In this document: piece by piece, positions 1-11,370 of the stretch
Layout: every line of letters starts with the position of its first letter
How positions within the stretch are numbered: position 1 is the first letter of the stretch
DNA from: Thelocarpon superellum
Taxonomy: Eukaryota
Length of the DNA stretch: 49,370 nt
NCBI GenBank assembly: GCA_026025795.1
Contig: JAPEUG010000097.1
Location: 1 to 49,370, forward strand
Direction: 5' to 3'
Notes under the pieces: model-generated
Told to the model about the DNA's origin: nothing
The model's input: the letters and a program-made list of their open reading frames with translations, nothing else
Database searches by the model: none
Made by a program: the position numbers and the translations under genes

Positions 1-1
1 G

Positions 2-370
2 CGAGAAGGCGGTGGCAATAACATCTACCGCGGCGCCATCCCGCCCTTTCTCCGCTCTCTGCCCAGGGATCACTGGAAGAGCTACATCCTCATGGAGCTG
101 ATCGAGCCGCCGACCGGTCTGACCAACACCATCATTCGTAATGGCGAGACACAGTCTGGAGCCGTCATTGGCGAGTTGGGCATCTACGGCGTGTGTCTCT
201 GGGAGCACGACGGAAGCGTGAAGTCGGACGACGGAGAAAACGACGGTCGACCCCAGATTCTCGTGAACTCGCAAGCAGGTCATCTCCTGCGCACCAAGGG
301 GCGTGAGAGCGAAGAAGGCGGGGTGGCCGCCGGCTTCGGTTCCGTAGACAGCTGTCTCCTGTATGACTGA
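2..370 (+). CDS. GSH2: Glutathione synthetase, C-terminal part (5' truncated by the window edge)
   Basis: Frame from position 2 reads REGGGNNIY...YILMELIEPP...IGELGIYG...GHLLRTK...EGGVAAGFGSVDS, the eukaryotic GSH synthetase C-terminal motifs. Stop TGA at 368-370. Confidence 0.95.
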   Translation, partial: REGGGNNIYRGAIPPFLRSLPRDHWKSYILMELIEPPTGLTNTIIRNGETQSGAVIGELGIYGVCLWEHDGSVKSDDGENDGRPQILVNSQAGHLLRTKGRESEEGGVAAGFGSVDSCLLYD

Positions 371-833
371 GCACGCCCCCGGTGAGATCCTTCCATCGTC
401 CCTGTCGCACAGTCCCGCACAAACAGTAGCTGGCCGTCGGTGAAGAGGAGAGTGCAATTGCGGTAGTTTGCGCGGGGTCGGAATTTGGCCCGAGCACGAG
501 GAGGTAAGGCCGGTCATTTTAGGGCCAATGGCGTGATGATACATAGTCCACAATCCCCGTGCGCGGGACTTTACGGTAGGCACAGAATACGAAAGCCCCA
601 CGAGAATACAAGCATCGCCTCCCGGAAAACAGGAAAGTGAAACGCCGCAAAGAATGTGAGCTGGGCCAGACTCGAGAGCAAGCTACCAAAATGCCAGACG
701 GAAGTTCAGCGCTAGAAGACCAACGCCAAGGGCGAGGACAAGGGCGAGAGCGAAAGATTCTCCCACAGTACCATTACAGACTTAATCATGATGTGGCAAG
801 CGCAGGAACAGAGGAGCAGGAGGCCATGCAGGG

Positions 834-2357
834 TCATCGCGCCGTGGGTCGCTCGTAGTCTATCGTGCGCACGAGCGGCGGACCACTGTTGACCGGAGTG
901 TTTTGGCTGAGACCGTTGACGACTGGATCAGTGGGCGGCCGTGACTCTGCTTCTGAGGCTCCAGCCGTGCCGATTTGAGGGTCGGGGATCTGGATGTCAA
1001 GCTAGGTGGGAGAAAGGCGTTAGACACGTGCAGGGGGCAGCATCCGGCGGAACAGGGGAGGACGGCTTACTGTCATGTAACCCGTCCGACGTAGCGGTAA
1101 GATCTTGACGCCCTCCTTCTCGCCGATTTCTCGATTCCACCGATCTAACCAAGCCTCGAGGTCTGCTAGTCGTCGCTTCACCGCCGTCGCGCCGATGTCG
1201 TCCCAGATCCAGAAGGTGAGCATGCCCAACACGGCGTCGACCACGTTGCGCCAGCCGTGCGGGTTGAAAGCGATTGTCAACTCCTCATTCAGCCGGCGGA
1301 CGACGGTGCGAAATTGGTCTTCGGGGAGGACGGGGTCGAGGATTTCCGGGTATAGGTTGGAAAACGTCGGGGCTTCGTCACCTGCGATCATCCAGTCGCG
1401 CTTGATGCGGATGACACGTGTCGAGGTATAGAGCGGCGAGTCGATCGGGACATGGGGGTTCTGGTGGGGAAAGCACGGGTGCGACGGGCCCCAGGCGTAC
1501 TCGTCCGCTTCTTCCACGGGAGCGTCAGGGTCGCCGGCGATGGAGGAGGATGACGAGAGAAAGGAGGGAGCGCCGTCGGGGTTAAAGGAGTTGCGTGACT
1601 CGTCCACGACCGTCGCATTGAATTCGGGGTTGCCAAAGTCCGTCGCTTCCACCTTGCCATGGCCGTCCATGTCGACATGGGTCACATGTGCGGGCTTCGG
1701 CTTCGGCGGCACCGCCTTGAACGGATTCCCCGCGTCTCCACGACCGAGCATGCGGTCCAATTTGGCCCTCGACCGCTCGTCGCCCCAGTCGCCCATTGCG
1801 GTGGGAGATGGCGGGAGTAGTCCCGCTCGCCCACTTGATGTCTCTGCGGCCGACACAAATTCGTCGCCTCGGTCGTCAACGGGCCTGGTCCTGGTCCTCC
1901 GCGGCTTCGACGCCTGGGCCGGTCGGGCGTGGGGCCGTGAGGTGTACGGATCCCGTGACGGGCTGTGGATCAAGGACTCCCCAGATGTCGCCGAGCGGCG
2001 CGAGGACGGGGCGGGCAGATCACGCGGCGCGTAGTTGATGGGATTCCAGAGTCCCTGGGCGGTTCGGCGCAGTCGGAGGCGTTTGACTCTCGAGCTACTT
2101 CGTCCCACCCGGCAATGAGGCGTCTCGAGATGGTTCGTCGACGAGCACCAGTCCAGCGATCGTCGAAAGGACTTGGACGGCGACCGGAGGATCGCTGGGG
2201 ACTTCTCGGTCGTCAGCTCTATCGTACCGCTCCTCCGCGTCTTCGACGGGTCTTCTGGTGATCCGACGCCGCGCACCAAATGCCAGGCACCGTGCGGTTC
2301 GGAGTACGTTTCTGCGCTACCACCACTGCCACCCCCGGCGTGGGCGCAGTGGACCAA
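834..2357 (-). CDS. ERF4: Ras palmitoyltransferase subunit ERF4 / Golgin A7 family protein; start uncertain (first in-frame ATG at 1796)
   Basis: Motifs WGPSHPCFPHQNPHVP...TRVIRIKRDW...PTFSNLYPEILDP...LRRTGYMT. Intron 1070..1002 (GTAAGC...CTAAC...TAG) joins to LDIQIPDP. Stop TGA at 836-834. Confidence 0.88.
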
Positions 2358-3534
2358 TAAGGGGCACGCCCGTCATTGGCCGATTCTTGGCGCGAGTTGG
2401 CTGTACCACGTACCTGATTGGCCGGATGGGTCGCTAATCCCCCGTCGGCCTCTGCGTTGTCCGTCGCCATTATCCTCGCTTCTCGGCCGTGCCCGAGTAC
2501 CCCTTCAGGAAGATTGGCACTCATACGTCGAATCGTGGCGTCGCGGCGGGATGCCATGGGCGGATGGGCGGAGATCATTGGCATCGTGGTGGACGACGAA
2601 TCCACCTCCTGCGGGGCATGGAGCACGCATACTTGTACTTGTAGTTGACTGCCGCGGTCCGCCGGCAGCGGACTTCTGGATCGGCGTCAATAATCACCCC
2701 CTGAGTTCGTCTTCGCGTATGCACTCCGACACCGTGACTGCTCCTGACCCTTTAGGCCTCTGTCTCCGCCACCGCCTCACCTTCGATGCACATTCCAGAA
2801 GCTCGTCGTCGCCAATCACGTAGACGAGCCACCCTCAACCTCATTCCCTTCATCTTATTGCGCTGCAGGCTGTGATTGCACGCAGTTGACACGGCACAAA
2901 CCATCAGACTCACAATGCGTCGCCATCAGCAGGCCTTGCGCACCTCGATCCTGGTCGTCACTTTTCTCAAACGTGGGAGGAGGTTCCTCTGCCCTGACGA
3001 CGGCCTCGTCTGGCCCCACACGTCATGACGAGATGACGAATGAGACTTGCGTAAGGCCCCCCGCCGGCGGAATTGTACTAGGACGGCAGGAAGATAAGCC
3101 TATGTCATCATCGCACGCCGCGGACACCAGGCACTTGTCGGCACGTGCGACTCAGAATGTCCTGTGCAAAGCATCGCCTTTGACATCGAGTCTGATGTTG
3201 CGAGGCCCGACAGACCCATGCACCCATGTCCAGTGAATCTGTACACACCGTACTTGGGTAGTAGTCCGCGTGGCCTACAAGTCTCACCACAGCCAGTACC
3301 CGAGGGAGATCCACGGCCGTGAGTGATTCACACACAGATTCTCATCTTGAACACATCCGTATACATGTCTCAAGAGTAGCCGCAACATCCAGGTCCTCCA
3401 GAACGCCCCGACCGGGCAGATTCGGATGTGCCATAAAGAAACGCCTCGCTCGAACCTACATCCACGTAGACCCACGGAAGAATACATGAGAGTACGACGC
3501 TGCATCCAACCAGGTCCACCGCATGCCCTGCCCG

Positions 3535-5014
3535 TCAACTCTTCTTCAACCCACGTGCCTGGATGCGATCGCCCCCAAGGCGACCATGGGTCCCATGCCG
3601 CTTGCGCTCACGCCCCGGCTTTTTGCTCTCGCTGGCCGTGCTGAAGACGGAGAGCAGGGTCAGAAGGGCAGTCATGGGCAGATTCACCAAGCTCCAGAGG
3701 GCCTGCAACGGGAGCACCACCATCGCGAACACTCCATCCCACACCAGGCTGCCTAGTCCGTGTCGTTGGCGTTGCCCACTCTGGGCTGCGGCGGCGGCCA
3801 AGGAGAGAGCGTCGGCCAGACGGGCCTCCAGGTCCAGCAAACGAGCCTCGGTCTGCATCGTCTGCATCGTCGCGCGCTTCTCGTAACGACGCACGGCACG
3901 GTTGAGGGCATCAAGGTCTGGCTGCAGCGTTCGTCGCACTTCGGTCGTCACCGTCACCGCGCTCTTATTGTCGCCGGCACCGCCGGTCGTCGTGGGCGAG
4001 GCGGCATCGACGGCAAGACGTGCCTCGATCTCCTGGACACGCTTGCCGAGGTCCGTCACGCCGCGGTCCGGTCCGCTGTCGCTGTAGGGACTCGCATTCA
4101 CCAGTCGTTGCAGGAAAAGCGTACGGGCCTGGATGATTTTGATCAGGTGCGCGAGCGGACGGATCTCGGCCGCCAGGACAAAGATGGTCAGGTTGTAGTC
4201 CGACACCAGACCCTCCGACGGCCGCGAGAGCTGGGCGCGAATGGTGTGCAGGAGATAGGCGCCGAACAAGGGAAAGAGAAAGCACGAGGCCAGCGCCAGC
4301 AGCTCGTGTGTGCGTAATTCATGTGCGGCCGCATCCTTGGCCTCGTGGTGGTGGGGGTGCGACGAGCGCTTCGAGTTGGCCAGGTCCTCGGCCGACATGC
4401 TCTCCTCGGCCCGCGACGTCAGATCAACTTCTCCGTCCTCGGCTCCGTCGAGATCGCCCTCGGCGTCGCCCTCGCTCTCGTCGATGTAAGCATCAGCGGG
4501 GTAGGACGGCAAGGTGGCGACCGATTGCGCCGAGTAGTACCAGTCCCTGCACGTCGGCATGAGCACGGCGACGGTAGAGCGAGAGAGTGACATACCATGG
4601 CAGCCGCACCGACCAATTCAAGAAGACGGCCGCAAGGCCCAGCAAGGTGACATCGGTGATGACGGCACTCCCATTGGTGAAGATCAATCCGCCCACCGCC
4701 GGAAGCAGGGCAAAGGCCAGCGGCGACGAGTGCCAGACCGACGGCTCGTGGCTGGTGTCGGGTCGCGTGCCATGGGCCTTGGGTAACAACAGATCATCGG
4801 TGGAGGAGCGGAAGGAGTTGCGTGCATCCTCGAGCGAAAAGTCGGACAGCATCGAGCTGGGCCGACGGTCGCGCGGGGCCGGCAGGTCATTGAAGGTCGC
4901 TGCCCGCGAGATGGGCCGCTGACGGAGAGACGGGCCGCCGCCGACGCCCGTGGCCGCACCAATGCCCCGGCTGGCCGATGGCGACCTCGTGGGGGATGCC
5001 ACGCCGTCCGACAT
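3535..5014 (-). CDS. Conserved fungal hypothetical membrane protein with C-terminal coiled coil (2 exons)
   Basis: ATG at 5014. Intron 4595..4547 (GTATGT...CTGAC...CAG) joins NWSVRLPW to DWYYSAQ. Contains hydrophobic segments plus motifs WHSSPLAFALLPA, LSRPSEGLVSDYNLTIFVLAAE and LDALNRAVRRYEKR. Confidence 0.8.
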
Positions 5015-6655
5015 TTGTTGGAGGCGAGCGCTGGTGGAGGCCAGGGACAGAGGCGAGTGAGGGGCGAGTTTCGTCAAAGCGCGACCGCGATGCGTGACCG
5101 CTGCAACGATGACGTACGGGGTACAGGAAACGTGCGAGCACAGGCGCAAGCTCAGGCACCGCTCACCGTGGAGCGTGCACAGCGACGGCAGGACGGCAGG
5201 ACGAAGGTCAGAGCCAGGGCGGTCGGGCCGTCACCGGGTCCTTTTTGCGTTGCCGGCAGATATCAACTTGTGATGCCACGGCCTCCCGGGGAGGGGACGC
5301 TGAAGTGGCGCGGCGTTCGGGGTCGCGCGGATCACCTTCTGGTAGCTTACAATCACGTAGGGTCATTATTCAGGGAATGCCGATAGCGATCCTTGCTACC
5401 TGCACACTCGTCCCGCACCCATTCCACAAAGCGCTCGGAACATGGCATGGCTCTTGGCCCTACTGCCGTTAGTCGTCTCTACGCGGGAATGTCGACGCCA
5501 ATCACGTCGCGTGCTGTGTGCGGTGTGTCGTGTGCGGGTCTCGCCCGACGAGTACCACGGCACAGGCCAGCAAGCCGTGCTCAGTGGCCTCGCAAGATCC
5601 ATTCTCCCTCTTCGCCCGACTACAGAGGAAGTACCAGATACCAGGCGCAGCTTCCCCGTTGCCATACCGCTCCCATGACGTACTCCCGTCTTCACTCGTC
5701 GCGGATCTCTTTGGGGATATCATCGTGACATGCGTTCGCCCGAACCATGGATCAAGCGACGGGGATGGTCGGAGCCACGCGGTGGCCCATCCGCCGCTTC
5801 GCACATGGTCAGTGCAGAGAAGACGCGGCGAGATCAGACGAGCCCATGCATGACATGATTTCGATACCTGAGGTACCGGAGTAACCCTCGTCGTTTGATC
5901 GATGCCATCTTCATGTTCAACCCGGGGTTGTCCTAGCCAAGATGCAAACTCCCGTCTCCCCGTTTCTCCACCTCGCACTTTCGGCGTCCTGGTTCGCCGG
6001 TCGAGTCGTCTGAGACCTTATTGACGCGCTCTGTCTCTTGCGTACTGTCGCCCCGCCAATCCTGGACCAGGGCGATGTGAGATTTCCAGCCCGGTGTTCA
6101 CCCGAAGCAGCTCTCAATAAGAATTCACTTTCAACATCCAAAAGATCTTTTGACGATGGTGTCTCTCATCATGGCCCCTATTTCCACCCTCATTGACCTG
6201 CTCGGGCAGATGAGAAACGCTCCCCTATTGAGTGCTGCGACCTGCTATTCCGCTATTGAGCAGGCCTCCTTGCTCACGTTCGGTCCCTCGTTGGCCACTA
6301 TTTCTACTCCATGGAATGGCCGGATCGTTCATCTGTTCTCTTGTCCACCCACATACACGCGCACACATTCTCTCCATCTCTCTCTCTCTTCGTCCGTGGT
6401 CCTCTACTCTTGACTCTGCTTCTACCTCCGTCTCTGGACTGTTGAACTTCATTCCCACGCTCTCCACTTGACGGTCGCCCCAGGTACTTCCTGTTGCACC
6501 CAAACGTCCAGCCGCTACTCGTCCTTATCCAAGGTTCCTCGTCGGCATATCGTCCGTTATCGTGAGCCCCCTCTCCCGTTCTCACCTCCCAAACCCTCAG
6601 TGTGTCGATCGAGATCTCCCTTGCCACTCGGCCTACGTTCGTTAGCTCCCTCGCA

Positions 6656-8093
6656 ATGGATCTGTCCCTGGATCTCGACTTCGATCGCTCTCCGCAAGCC
6701 GTCCTACTTCCCATCCTAGCGGTGCTGTCCGTGGCGCTGTCCTTACCGCCGTTCGCCTGGCACCTGAAGAATCGCAACGTGGCGGCCTGCAGCCTCATCT
6801 TTTGGATCATCCTCACCAATGTCTTCGTCTTCACCAACGCTCTCATCTGGCCGACTGACAATCTGGTGGCTTGGTGGGATGGTGTGGGTTTGTGTGACGT
6901 GGAAGTGAAGCTCACCTGGGCCTCATCGGTCGGCGCAACGGGCGCGCTGGCGGCCATCATGCGCAACCTGGCCCGCGTGATGGATGTGGACCGTGCCACT
7001 CTCATTCCCACGCAGGCCCAACGCCGACGCCAGCTGGCCGTCGACCTGATCCTGTGCTACGGCTTTCCCATCTACGTCATGGCCGTCGACTTCATCGTGC
7101 AATCCGGCCGGTACTATATTTTCACCATTTCGGGATGCACACCGGCGGTTGATGCCAGCTGGCCCAGCATCTTCCTCATCTTCATCTGGGCACCAATCCT
7201 GTGTCTCGTGGAGTCATACTACTGTGGTAGGGCACCCGGGTCTCATCTCTGGTCGAGGGCCGGCTTACTGACGAGCCCCTTCAGTGCTCCTCATCTACCG
7301 CCTGCGCAAGTATCGGCAGCAGTTCGCTCAGATCCTCACGTCCAGCAACTCCAATCTGAACAAGTCCCGCTTCCTCCGCCTTTTCCTGATCGCCCTTACC
7401 CTCCTCCTGACGTTCCTGCCACTTCAATTCTACATCCTCTACCTTAACCTGTCATACCCGCGCCATCCTTACAACTGGGATGAGGTACACGGCACCGCCT
7501 GGTCAGACATCATCAAGGTACCGACCGGCGGTCAGGTGGCATTCGATCGCTGGATCCGTGTCGCCAGCGGCTTCATGGTCTTTCTCTTCTTTGGCATGGG
7601 TCACGACGCCATGGATATGTATCGTCGTTGGCTCGTCAGCGTGGGCATGGCCACGTACTTCCCCTCTTTGACTCAGCCACCGATGCAGACTGCGAACGGC
7701 TTCAGCGGTCCCAGCACCTTTGGGTCGTTGACCAATCGCGCCAAAGGGATGCTCAGCAAGATCTCGAATGGCACGACGATCACGAGCATGTCCGACTCTC
7801 AGTGCGCTTCCCTTTGCCCTCGTCGTGCGTTGCGTCGCTCCCATTCACTGACCCTCCCTAGGTCCAGCCCGCGAAATTCCCTCTCGATTGATACCGCGAT
7901 GGCATCGCCTTCCAATCCGGAGGAGTCCTTTGGCCAGCTCTCTGATGAGTCTCCGTTCGATGGGCCCATTGCCCTGGCTCGCCCGAAGGCCGCCCTTCCT
8001 GCCTCCTTCCAGGCCAACCACGCGAACTCGAGCACGGCCACGCTTCGCGTTCCTGGGCAACACGACGATAGCACGGTGGACCTAGAGAAGTAG
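6656..8093 (+). CDS. STE3: STE3-type (a-factor-like) pheromone receptor, fungal 7-TM GPCR
   Basis: Motifs PPFAWHLKNRN, NALIWP, WWDGVGLCDVEVKL, VQSGRYYIFTISGC, SRFLRLF and FFGMG. Intron 7227..7284 (GTAGGG...CTGAC...CAG) and probable in-frame intron 7802..7861. Confidence 0.95.
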
Positions 8094-8420
8094 ACTGGGC
8101 GTGATGCAATAGGCCAAAGGTCCGACGGCCTACATGTGGTGTTGGTTGCTATCCACGTTGTCTCGGAACAGTCCTGCTCAGGCAACGGGGACGTGCTCGC
8201 GACGAACGATGGTGAATCACTTTAGTCTGGATGCGAAATGCCGTGATAGCTCAATTGCGGGGACCTCAGCTAAACTGCAAATCTCACGTCGTACATGTTG
8301 CTAGGATCGAAGATACCGAGTGAGCAGGAGTGAGGAGGTCCGTCATGCGCAACCAAGATCTAACATCCACCCCGCCTCATTTGACCAACGCCATCACGCT
8401 CCCAACCACGCCACCGCGAC

Positions 8421-8944
8421 TCATGCCGCGGCACCATCATCCAGCTTGGCGGCGTCAGGTCGCTTGAGCACTTCAATGGAACGTTGCGTGATGTTGAGCG
8501 CCGAGCGAGTCTGGCCCTCCTTGTCCTCGTAGTTGCGCAGGCTAGCCTCGCCGTCGACGTAGACCAGCGTACTACATCGGGCACGCATTGTCAGCGCCTT
8601 GGATCAGACGGTAAGAGCTTCTGCCCATGCAGTAGCGCGGACGGAATCACATGCACTTACCCCTTCTGCAGACCCAGCAAATAGTCTCGGCGCGGACCCT
8701 CCTGCTCGAAGCTCGAGACCTTGAACCAGCTGGTCTGACGGTTGTCCCGGGGACCGTAGCTCGTGCCAATGGCGTACTTGATGATGTCTGTGCCGGTCGA
8801 GGTCGGCTGGATCTCGGGCTCGGCCGCCAGTCGACCCACGATGGTCATCTTGGCGACCTGGGGCGAGGAGGTGCTGCTAAAGGACCGGACGCTCTGGCGC
8901 AAGAGCGCAGGAACGGGTCGGCGGAGGAGCTGATGGAGAGACAT
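8421..8944 (-). CDS. RIM1: Mitochondrial single-stranded DNA-binding protein (2 exons)
   Basis: Arg/Ser-rich presequence MSLHQLLRR...RSFSST, then the SSB OB-fold AKMTIVGRLAAEPE...TSWFKV. Intron 8660..8572 joins LQKG to TLVYVDGEASLRNYEDKEG. Stop TGA at 8423-8421. Confidence 0.93.
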
Positions 8945-11370
8945 GTGGGCAATCTTTTCCGTGACGATCAAGCTACGTTGCATAACGGTGTTCGGTGGAG
9001 TTTCTGGTGCGCTGGCCAATGAGTTATGTGTTTGCGATGCCTGATCTCTCGAGATTGCTTGATTTCCTCTCAAACCTACGTGGACCTTGCGCATCGCACG
9101 TGACTTGGATACGAGATTTCTCCGCGTTCTGCTACACGCGTACCGACGCGTAAAGTGTGCGAAGGACCCCAACGAATCCATCGTCCAGGGTCGCATGGAC
9201 CGCCGCCCGGTCTGCCGGTGATATTTCTATGCCTCTGCTGCAGTCCAGCCTTCCTCCGACGGCATGACCTCAGGTAACGAAGACCAATCGCCAATGTTGT
9301 ACCTGTCAAGCGTCCAGCTGGTAGGACAATCGCTTTTATGCCCGACGCGTGAGGACGCACCTACGCGACGGCGTCGCGTCCGACTGCGAGGTCATGGACA
9401 CCACGGCCGCTGCTCGGGGCCGATCGGTCACAGGGCCTTTTCCAAGGCACATCGACGCCCTACCCAGTCCAAACCCACGGCCTTTTCGAATCCTTTGCAC
9501 GACCAGCGGTGTCGTGTAACGGAGTTTGAAACATTCCCCCACACGTCAACGATCATCGATCGCATGAATCATTGCCAACCAGCCTGCGTCGGCCGCCAAC
9601 GCGTTGACCCCTACGGTTTGCCAATCTTTTTGAGGATGGCCGGATGACGAGTGCTGATCTGGGATGGACGGAAGCAAACTTCGCGGGACTTTGGCTGGCG
9701 AAACGATGATGCCATTACGAGGATGCGCTTTCTCGCACATGACTGCGTTGCTCCTTATCAAGCCAAGCCTTCGTCGTCCGGGTCGCTGTACGCCTTCGAC
9801 CCTGTGCACTTCAGTGTTCCGCACGGCACGACCACGTGTAGACCGGCTGACTTCTTAAGCCCTGGAGCGAGCCCATGACCAACGCCAGGACCGGCGCTGT
9901 CCGTAATCCGTTCGGCTATCCGGTGGCGCGTCGGGGACCCTCTGGTCGGTGCCGCAGGGCCGAAGAAGCCAGAGGGCGCTGGTACTTCGTAGTAGCTGCG
10001 TCGTAAGACCGAGTGGTAGAGGGTGGGCATGACACCGGGCTCCTCGGATCGGCCGCTTGGCGGCTCGCGTACCTGAGCCGGCGTGAATTGGTGTGCATTG
10101 GTCTCTCGCACCCCTGAACTTCATTTCCTTTTCCCACCCACCAATACCTGCCGCTAAACCATCGATGCCTCTGCTCTTCCCAAGCCGCAACTATCCTCGA
10201 ACCAGGTGTGCAATCTCAGCCTGACCCGTATCGGCCTGTATCGGGGGGATTCCAGATAGCGTGGTGCGGAAATGTACAGCCCAGCGGCGAGCAGACCGGT
10301 CGTTGAATGGTCGTCGATGTGATATCCGCCTGAGATCGGAGAGGGCCCCTTGCTGCGGTTCTCAGATGATCCTGTCATGCTGCCCGGAGCCCGATCGGCT
10401 TTGCTGGCCCTCTTTCTGCACTAGGGCGAGATGATTGGCCATCCATCACCGCCGCGTCCTCGACGGGTCTACCCCCCGGACTTGTCCATCTGCTGGGGTG
10501 TGAAGAGTTCGTCCTATCCTCGCTGCCGAGCCCGGGTGGCGATGTGGCGAGGCCGGGGCCCCCCAAGAGGCGGCTTTGGCAAGACCCTGGGCCTCGCCCC
10601 ACTACTCGTCGTCCTCGACCCTCCGACAGCATCCCACCATCAGTCGACGCCGCCGGTAGGCGTCCCGCCATCGTCTTCCCCGGACCCGCGGGGATGCTGA
10701 GGGCAGGAGGCGTCCAATCTCGGGCGGTGGCGGACCATCATTGGGCGACGATGCCGACGCCATGGGTCGGAAGCACGATGTTCTCAGATTCCACGCTTCC
10801 CTGCTGGCGCGTCGATCCTCCCAAACGATGACCTCCGCCTATCCTTCCGGCAGACCGCTTGTGGTGTAGTCTGGCCCCGGCCGTGATCGCGATGGCGCCG
10901 CGTCGTGCCTGTCGATCCTCGTCCGTGCTTCGCGAGCGGGAACAAAGACTCTCGGTGCGCTGTGCGTCAGCCCGCCGCCCTGGCCACTCGTTCGCCTTGT
11001 GAAGCGTGAACCCTGCACGACCCTCGTCGCCAACTGTACGCTCGGCTTGATCTCAGTGCCCGTCCGGCCCTTGGATTCTCGTTCACTCCGATCTATCGCG
11101 GCCCGATACATCGTATCCCCGTCGACGCGAGTCACTGGCGACGCACTCTACCCTTGCACTGTCGTCCTCCACCTGTGACTAGCCCACATCTTTCACCCAC
11201 CAGACACGGGGCCTTGTATTTACTTCTCTTCATCGTCGTCTCGTCTCGGTCCTCAGTTTCTGCAGCGTTCATGGCCGTCGCCGGCTGGAGGTCAGTGCTT
11301 GAGGAAGCCATAGAGACTCATAACCTGGAATCTTCGGCCTCGACCTAGCAAGATCCGACACCAGCGCGTC

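Noticed and set aside
5015..8420. Mating-type locus around STE3
   Set aside because: No HMG or alpha-box gene, APN2/SLA2 or CAAX pheromone precursor is visible; STE3 is normally unlinked to MAT in this group.
9000..11370. Short overlapping ORFs and possible ncRNA between RIM1 and the DUF4203 gene
   Set aside because: No recognisable motifs, consistent splice structure or RNA-gene signatures; treated as divergent promoter/UTR.
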